Assembly: GCF_009914755.1 (NCBI RefSeq)
Contig: NC_060929.1
From: the human T2T-CHM13v2.0 reference genome, Homo sapiens
Direction: 5' to 3' (one strand)
Length of the DNA: 64,000 nt
Shown: piece by piece, positions 56,443 through 64,000 of the stretch
Numbering within the stretch: position 1 is the stretch's first letter
How the letters are laid out: each line of letters starts with the position of its first letter
Notes under the pieces: model-generated
Databases searched by the model: none
What the model was told of the DNA's origin: nothing
What the model saw: the letters and a program-made list of their open reading frames with translations, nothing else
Program-made: the position numbers and the translations under genes

Positions 56443-58440
56443 CAGGTATTTCTTTATCAGCAGCATGAAAATGGACTAATGCAGTAAACTGGTACCAGTA
56501 GAGTGGGGCGTTGCTGAAAAGATACCCAAAATTGTGGAAGCGACTTTGGAACTGGGTAACAGGCAGAGGCTGGAACAGTTTGGAGGGCTCAGAAGAAGAC
56601 AGGAAAATGTGGGAAAGTTTGGAACTTCCTAGAGACTTGTTGAATGGCATTGCCCAAAATGCTGATAGTGAAATGGACAATAAGGTCCAGGCTGAAATGG
56701 TTTCAGATGGAAATGGGGAACTTGTTGGGAACTGGAGCAAGGGTGACTCTTATTATGTTTTAGCAAAGAGACTGGCAGCATTTTGCCCCTGCCCTAGAGA
56801 TATGTGGAACTTCGAACTTGAGAGATACAATTTAGGGTATCTGGTGGAAGAAATTTCTAAGCAACAAAGCATTCGAGAGGTGACTTAGGTGCTGATAAAG
56901 GCATTCAGTTTTATAAGGGAAGCACAGCATAAAAGTTTGGAAAATTTGCAGCCTTACAATGTGACACAGAAAAGAAAATCCTATTTTTTAAGGAGAAGTT
57001 CAAAGTGGCTGCAGAAATTTGCATAAGTAACAAGGAGTCGAATGTTAATTCCCAAGACAATGGGGAAAATTTCTCCAGAGCATGTCAGTGGTCTTCTTGG
57101 CAGCCCCTCCCATCACAGGCCCAGAGGCCTAGGAGGAAAAAGTGGTTTTGTGTGCTGGACCCAGGGTCCCTGTGCTGTGTGCAGCCTAGGGACTTGGTGC
57201 CCTGTGTCCCAGCCACTCCAGCCATGGCTGAAAGGGGCCAATGTAGAACTCAGGCCATGGCTTCAGAGAGTGCAAGCCTCAAGCCTTGGAAGCTCCCACA
57301 TGGTGTTTAGCTAGCCAGTGTACAGAAGTCAAGAATTGGGGTTTGGGAATCTCTGCCTAAATTTCAGAGGATGTATGGAAATGCCTGGATGTCCAGGCAG
57401 AAGTTTGCTGCAGTGGCGGGGCTCTCTTGGGGAACTTCTGCTAGGGCAGTATGGAAGGGAAATGTGGGATTGGAACCCCCACACAGAGTCCCTACTGGGG
57501 CACTGTCTAGTGGAGCTATGAGAAGAGGGCCATGGTCCTCCAGACCCCAGAATGGTAGATCCACTGACAGCTTGCACTGTGCACCTGGAAAAGCCACAGA
57601 CACTCAACACCAGCCTGTGAAAACAGCCACGAGGGGTGCTATACCCTGCAAAGCCACAGGGGCAGAGCTGCCCAAGGCCATGGAAGCCCACCTCTTACAT
57701 CAGCGTGACCTGAATATGAGACATGGAGTCAAAGGAGATCATTCTGTAGCTTTAAGATTTGACTCCCCTGCTGGATTTTGGACTTCCATGGGCCCTGTAG
57801 CCCATTTGTTTTGGCCAATTTCTCCCATTTGGAATGGTTGTATTTACCCAATGTCTGTACTCTCATTTTATCTAGGAAATAACTAGCTTGCTTTTGATTT
57901 TACAGGCTCATAGGTGGAAGGGACTCACCTTATCTCGGATGAGACTTTGGACTGTGGACTTTTGAGTTAATGCTGAAATGAGTTAAGACTTTGGGGGACT
58001 GTTGGGAAGGCATGATTGGTTTTGAAATATGAGGACATGAGATTTGGCAGGGGCCAGAGCAGAATTATATGGTTTGGCTCTGTGTCCCCACCCAAATCTC
58101 ATCTTGAATTGCACTTCCATAATTTCCATGTGTTGTGGGAGGGACCCAGTGGGAGATAATTCAATCATGGGGACAGTTTCCCCCATACTGTTCTTGTGGT
58201 AGTGAATAAGTCTCAACAGATCTGATGGTTTTACTAGGGGTCTCTGCTTTTACGTCTTCTTCATTCTCTCTTTGCCTGCTGTCATCCATGTAAGATAGGA
58301 CCTGCTCCTCCTTGCCTTCCACCATGATTGTGAGGCTTCCCCAGCCACGTGGAACTGTAAGTCCAATAAAATATTTTTCTTTTGTAAATTATCCAGTCTT
58401 GGGTATGTCTTTATCAACAGCATGAAAAAGGACTAATACA
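56441..58440 (+). mobile_element. THE1B-like MaLR provirus: 43-bp remnant of 5' LTR, internal region, complete 3' LTR (58065-58440)
   Basis: ggactaatgca|gtaaactggtaccagtagagtgggg junction; internal MaLR ORF remnants (GRGWNSLEGSEEDRKMWESLELPRDLLNG); 3' LTR atatggtttggctctgtgtccccacccaaatctc...gactaataCA. Confidence 0.94.
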
Positions 58441-60531
58441 GCATGATAAGGATTATGATATCTCACTTTAAATTCTTCTCTATTGTGTGTGTGTGTTTTA
58501 ATACAGAGAATATGTTGGCAATTTAGTTATAAAAATTGATAATAAAAATATTTAAAGAAGAGCACTTCTCTCAACAGGCTATATTTCAAATTTAGTTAAG
58601 CTCTAGATATAGATACAGAAAAAAATCCACACTACTTTGCAAATTAATTAATACTCAAGTGAGTAAAATTAAGAAAGGATGTTATTAATAGTTTCTATGT
58701 CATTACTGGGAAGTTAAATAATTGCCAAGGAGTTCTCCTGGAGTCTGCATATTCCTATTGTGAAAAAAATGCTAAAAAATGAGCAAGGGGCATCCTGCAA
58801 GACTTCATGGGCTCTGATAGTCAGAGATGAGAAAGGAAGAAAAGGAAACACAAATATTTGTGAATGATGGAGAAAATGAATTGTTCATTGAACTACAGAT
58901 AAGAGGACATCTATACTTTAGTCATGCTGTCCAAATGCATTTATTTTTCATATTGATTTGAGAACCTATCCCTTGGGTGATTGTGACTCCACTTAAGGGA
59001 GCTTAACACCAATTCCCAAAGCCATGAGTGTGACAGCAGTTCAGCAGAGTCACAAGAAATGCGTATTTGAAATGGCAAGCAGCAGGTGGCTGAGTCCTTC
59101 TCTATTACTTTTTAAAATCAGTATGCATGTGGTCCTGATCAAACAAATCTTAGACTCAAAATCAGCCCCTATTTATTTATTGAGGACCAGCTATGTGCTG
59201 GGCCCTGGGCTGGATGCTTTCACATATTACATACCTCATTAATTCCACAATGTTAAAAATAAATGTGCTTTCTGCTATTAAAATATAAAGTCATCCTGAA
59301 GATAAGCAAAGACAGCTTAGAATTCTCATCTATCCCCCATGCTAACCAGAGATTTGATGATTATCTTAAAGGATGAATGACTTGAATGCAGAGTTGAATG
59401 CATTGAGAGGTTATTTTCATTCATTTTTAAAAGACTAACTCAATAGTCTTCAAAATTTCGAATTTTTATACAGTTACATACACAAACCCATTTAGGAATT
59501 TTCAAAGACCATTTTGACTACAGGGGATTCCTGACTAAATGACTTTAGGACCCAATGTTGCTGGAAGGTGTATATCATAAAGACACAGAATTAATTCTTA
59601 TATAATTAAGTTCAGAAACTCTTATAGTTATACACAGGTTAGATTTTAAAGTCTGATCCTACGTCCATTTATTTATAAGGACAATGTAACATTTATATGA
59701 ACAATGTATAAACATCAATATGGAGCTAACATCACTTTGATTTCTATCATTTTTTAAGCACATTCAATGCTTTTGAATTTACGGGATTTTATATGATCTG
59801 GTAACAGATCTGGAAATGAAGGACAAATGTTACAAATTGTCATGGGGCCAAAAAACAGCACTATGCCTATGACTAATTTAACTCCATAACTGCTGACACC
59901 ATCTGTTGGCAGTGATACTCTGCTGAGATGGGGCTCAGGCAATACTCTTACACAAACATATAGTTTTGTTTGTCTCTCTCCAAACTCCTAAATTCAAAGT
60001 TAGTTTGTAAAGGAGTTTCTGTTTTACAGTCTTTAATCCCAAAGCTCCCATCTCTAACATATGTCAAAGCAAATTTGGCCGGTTAAACAAAGGGAAGGAA
60101 AGGAATTTCATACCATTAATGACCTCTTCCAAACTTCTATTTGTTCAACCTGGAAAAGAAGAAGGCAAATAGGTGAATACTGAGATGTTAACACAACTCA
60201 GAGTATTCATAGGTATCCTTCACTTCAGCTGCTGTCACCAGCCTACAGTAATATGGGGAAATGGTAACTCATCTTTTTATACTGCTCTATTCATTCACTG
60301 TCTCCCCAAATAGAATATAACTTTCTTAAGGGAAGGAGTTTCACCTGTATTATTCATCTCTGTACCTCATACATAGAAGGATACAGAGTATCCATGTAAT
60401 AAAGGAAGAAAAGAAAGGAGGAAGGAAAGAAAATATAGGAAAAAGAGTGGAAGAAATGTATTGATGTTTATCACAGTCTTTAACAATTATATTTTCTGTT
60501 ATGCTCTAATACAACAAAAAATTGTAGTTGA

Positions 60532-60902
<371 letters not shown>

Positions 60903-61069
60903 AAGAAGCTTTTAATTTCTCAAGTCAGTTGTCATCTTTATGAGAAAAAAAGGAATTTTCCTCTCTTGTAAATAAATTTGCACTCATAAACCCAAGATAA
61001 CTGCTGGCAAAACCACTTGCTTATTTTACTGGTCTTTAAGTAAATGTGTGTATGTATAATATGTGTATA

Positions 61070-61950
61070 AATCAGAAACTAATGGAACTGATTACCTGCA
61101 AGTGATGGATGAGAACAGAATGGAAGGAATAGGGAAGGGAGTGAGACCTCCTGAGTATATCTTGTAATATACATTTTACGTTTGAAGTAATGTTTTATAT
61201 ATTTTAAGAAATATACTTACATCTACAAGGATGAAAAGGCCTAAAATTGAATATAAACAAAAACAAATGAAGCTAAAATTTTGAATATCAAATTTTAACA
61301 TAAGCACCAAAAATGAATCAATTCAAGCAACTTCTGAACACAGTACACTATATGTATATAGTATACACCCTCAGAACTGCAAGGAAATTTTGGATTTTAC
61401 TTAGTTGGTTTGTTCTTGATACTAGTATAAATATACTGATTCTGAAATAAAATTATTGTGTTATAAAACAGAGCAGATGATTAAATTTAAATTCATCAAT
61501 GTTTGAACCAGAGTTCTTACTGTGGGAAGGAAAATACAATAAGGAAATAAAGAAGGAGAGGAGGAATGTGGTGTGGAAATGGAATAGGCAATATCTGTAC
61601 AAACTAATATTTTTTTAAAAATTATATATTTGTTAGCTTTATCACTAAAAGTTTCTAGAAATAATGACAACTCCGTGGAAATGAACACATTTAGCATTCA
61701 GGTCTCCCCTTGCTACTTCCCACTAAAAGGAACCAAAGATCTGTAAAGACAAGACCAGTTCCAGATCTGAAGCAGAAAAAGTACAGTGTGAGCATGGAAG
61801 ATCTTATGCTAGAAGGGAAGTGCTCAAGAATGAATGGCAACATGTCAAAATGTCACAAGAGGCAGCTTGAAGGTATCATTTTGATGCTCAAATTGTTTCA
61901 CATTCAAAATTCTAATGTGAAAAAGAATACATTAAATGTTTAAAATCAAG
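61070..61950 (+). mobile_element. Old L1M 3' UTR fragment
   Basis: ctagaaataatgacaactccgtggaaatgaacac...cccactaaaaggaaccaaag...gaccagttccagatctgaagcagaaaa resemble L1MC/MD 3' UTR. Confidence 0.55.
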
Positions 61951-62570
61951 TTGAGTTCCAGCTTCTTAAGATGTGGAAAGTTGGAAGGTGTCATTCCAAC
62001 CCGAAGATCAAGTGAATGTTACATATTGTAAAAAGGCATCATTTTCTTGAACCCATCTAAGAGCTACGTTTTCCAGTGTATGCAACTAGTATAAGTTAAA
62101 AATGGATGCTTCCAGGAAGAGACAGCGCATGAGCAGTGGGTTGCCTTTGGCAGAGCACAGAGGAAGATGAGGTCATTATACAAGTGAGTACAATTTAAGG
62201 TAAAATTATTAATGAATTGCTAAAAGTTGAGTATGGGCAAGTCTGAAAATACAGAGCCACTGGAGGCCTTAGGTACAAGGGACATTTACAAGCACTTCCA
62301 GGCTACTCTGCACAGACCCCAGTGGGCACTTTGGAGGAAGACTGGGGCAAGGTAGAGAATGCAGAATGTCTCCCTCACCAGGTAGCCAGGAGAAGGAGAG
62401 CAACTGCTACTGAAGAGACTTGACAACAAATTGTTTGAGACCCGGATCTCTAGGAAAACAAAAATCTATAAAGGATATTATTGGGACAATTGGAGAAATT
62501 TGAATATGGAATTTACATAAGAACTGTTCAATATTTTCAGTATAATAGTGGTCTTCTGGTTACGTAGTGC

Positions 62571-63336
62571 TGTGGTATAACATAAAATACATTTAGTCTC
62601 TGTCACTGATTCTTATCACAAAGCTCTTAAAATTCTTGGAATTTCCCGAGTAATAGGAGTGTCTTTGTTATTCATAACACCCTTTGCCTAAGTTTTTGCT
62701 AATGAGGTGACTCAGGGTGGGGCTCTAGGATAGCCCGTGAAGGGGCTGGTTGCCATGAATACCTAAGGATTAGAAGATTAGAGTTGGAACTTTCAGTCCC
62801 ACCACCCAACCTCCAGTAAAGGGTGGGAGGGGGCAAGGAGGCGAGGAGGTGAGGAGGCTGGAGATTAAGCTGTATAAAACCTCTTGAACACTTGGAGGTG
62901 CTACGTGGCATGCCTGAGGAGAGCATGGAAGCTCCACACCTCTTCCTCCATACTTTGCCCTATGCATTTCTTCATGTGGCTATTCATCTGTATCCTTTAT
63001 AATATCCTTTATAATAAAACAATAAATGTACATAAAATGTTTCCCTGGGTTCTATAAGTGATCCTAGTGAATTATCAAACCCAAGAAGGTGGAGATAGGA
63101 ACCTCGATTTATAGCTGCTCAGTCAGAAGCACAGGCTACAACCTGGAACTTGTGATTGGCATCTACAGTAGGAGCAGTCTTGTGGCAGTGAGCCCTTCAC
63201 CTGTGGTATCCAATGCTCTCCAGGTAATGTCAGAATCGAAGTGAATTATAGGACATCCAGCTGGCACTTAGAGAGTTGGAGAATTGCTTGGCATGTGGGG
63301 AATAATCCCTACACATATGGTCACAGAAGTGCTCTG
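62571..63336 (+). mobile_element. MER21 (B/C-like) LTR, interrupted near its 3' end by L1
   Basis: tgtggtataa...gctaatgaggtgactcagggtgggg...ttggaactttcagtcccacc...ttgccctatgcatttcttc...aataaa...tggtcacagaagtg. Confidence 0.85.
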
Positions 63337-64000
63337 TACAATGGGGAAAGAAAAGTCTATTCAATAAATGGTGTTGCAAAAACTGAATATTCACATGCAG
63401 AAGAATGAAATTAGGCCCTCATCTCACATCATACATAAAAATCAACTGAAAATGCGTTGAAGACTTAAATATAAGACCTGAAACTGTAAAACTACTGGAA
63501 GAAACCATAGGGGGAAAGCTTCATGACATTGGTCTGGGTGAAGATTTTTTGGCTATGACCACAAAAGCACAGGCAACAAAGCAAAAATAAACAAATTGAA
63601 TGGCATCAAACTAAAAAGCTTCTGCACCACAAAGGAAACAATCAAGAGAGTGAAGAGACTACCTATGGAATGGGAGAAAATATTTTGCAAACCATACATC
63701 TGATAATGGGTTAACATCCAAAAATATACAAGAACTCAAGCAACTAAATAGAAAACAAATAACCCAACTTAAAAATGGGCTAAGGACCTAAATAGACATT
63801 TTGAAATAAGACATACAAATGGCCAACAAGTAAATGAAAAAATCCTCAAAATCACTAATCATCAGAGAAATGCAAATCAAAAACATAATGAGATATCACC
63901 TCACACCTGTTAGAATGGCCATTATAAAAAAGATGAAAGCTAACAAGTATTGGTAAGGATGTGGAGAGAAGGAACACTTGTACACTTTTGGTGGGAATAT
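63337..64000 (+). mobile_element. 5'-truncated L1MA ORF2 fragment running off the window
   Basis: aagtctattcaataaatggtgttg...taagacctgaaactgtaaaactac...aaagcttctgcaccacaaaggaaacaatc...cacctcacacctgttagaatggc. Confidence 0.9.

Noticed and set aside
56511-57886. Several 90-170 aa ORFs
   Set aside because: Fragmented MaLR internal ORF of THE1B, broken by stops and frameshifts.

Overview
This window is hominoid (human-like) genomic DNA made almost entirely of interspersed repeats; the SVA and AluY elements indicate a great ape or human source. I find no intact protein-coding gene, RNA gene or CRISPR array. The ORFs in the track are repeat-derived, pseudogenic or unsupported. Main contents: (1) a full-length SVA on the minus strand with a 40-nt 5' extension inside its target-site duplication (TSD); (2) an 11-kb minus-strand chimeric retroviral block in which a HERV-W 3' half (pol remnant, env, complete LTR17) sits in the leader of an env-retaining HERV-H that has lost its own 5' LTR; (3) an L1MA copy flanked by ~270-bp direct repeats whose 5' junction (a MER21 piece fused to L1) recurs 33 kb away; (4) a full-length RPS20 processed pseudogene inside an Alu monomer; (5) an LTR10F solo LTR with an AP-1 repeat nested in a MER4-group LTR; (6) an L1PA abutting a THE1B that lacks most of its 5' LTR; and many Alu, MIR, L2, MaLR and DNA-transposon fossils. 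I do not see a demonstrably new biological system. The best leads are the duplicated MER21-L1 junction and the LTR17-capped HERV-H. Subfamily names come from recalled consensus sequences and need RepeatMasker/Dfam confirmation; boundaries of old elements are approximate.
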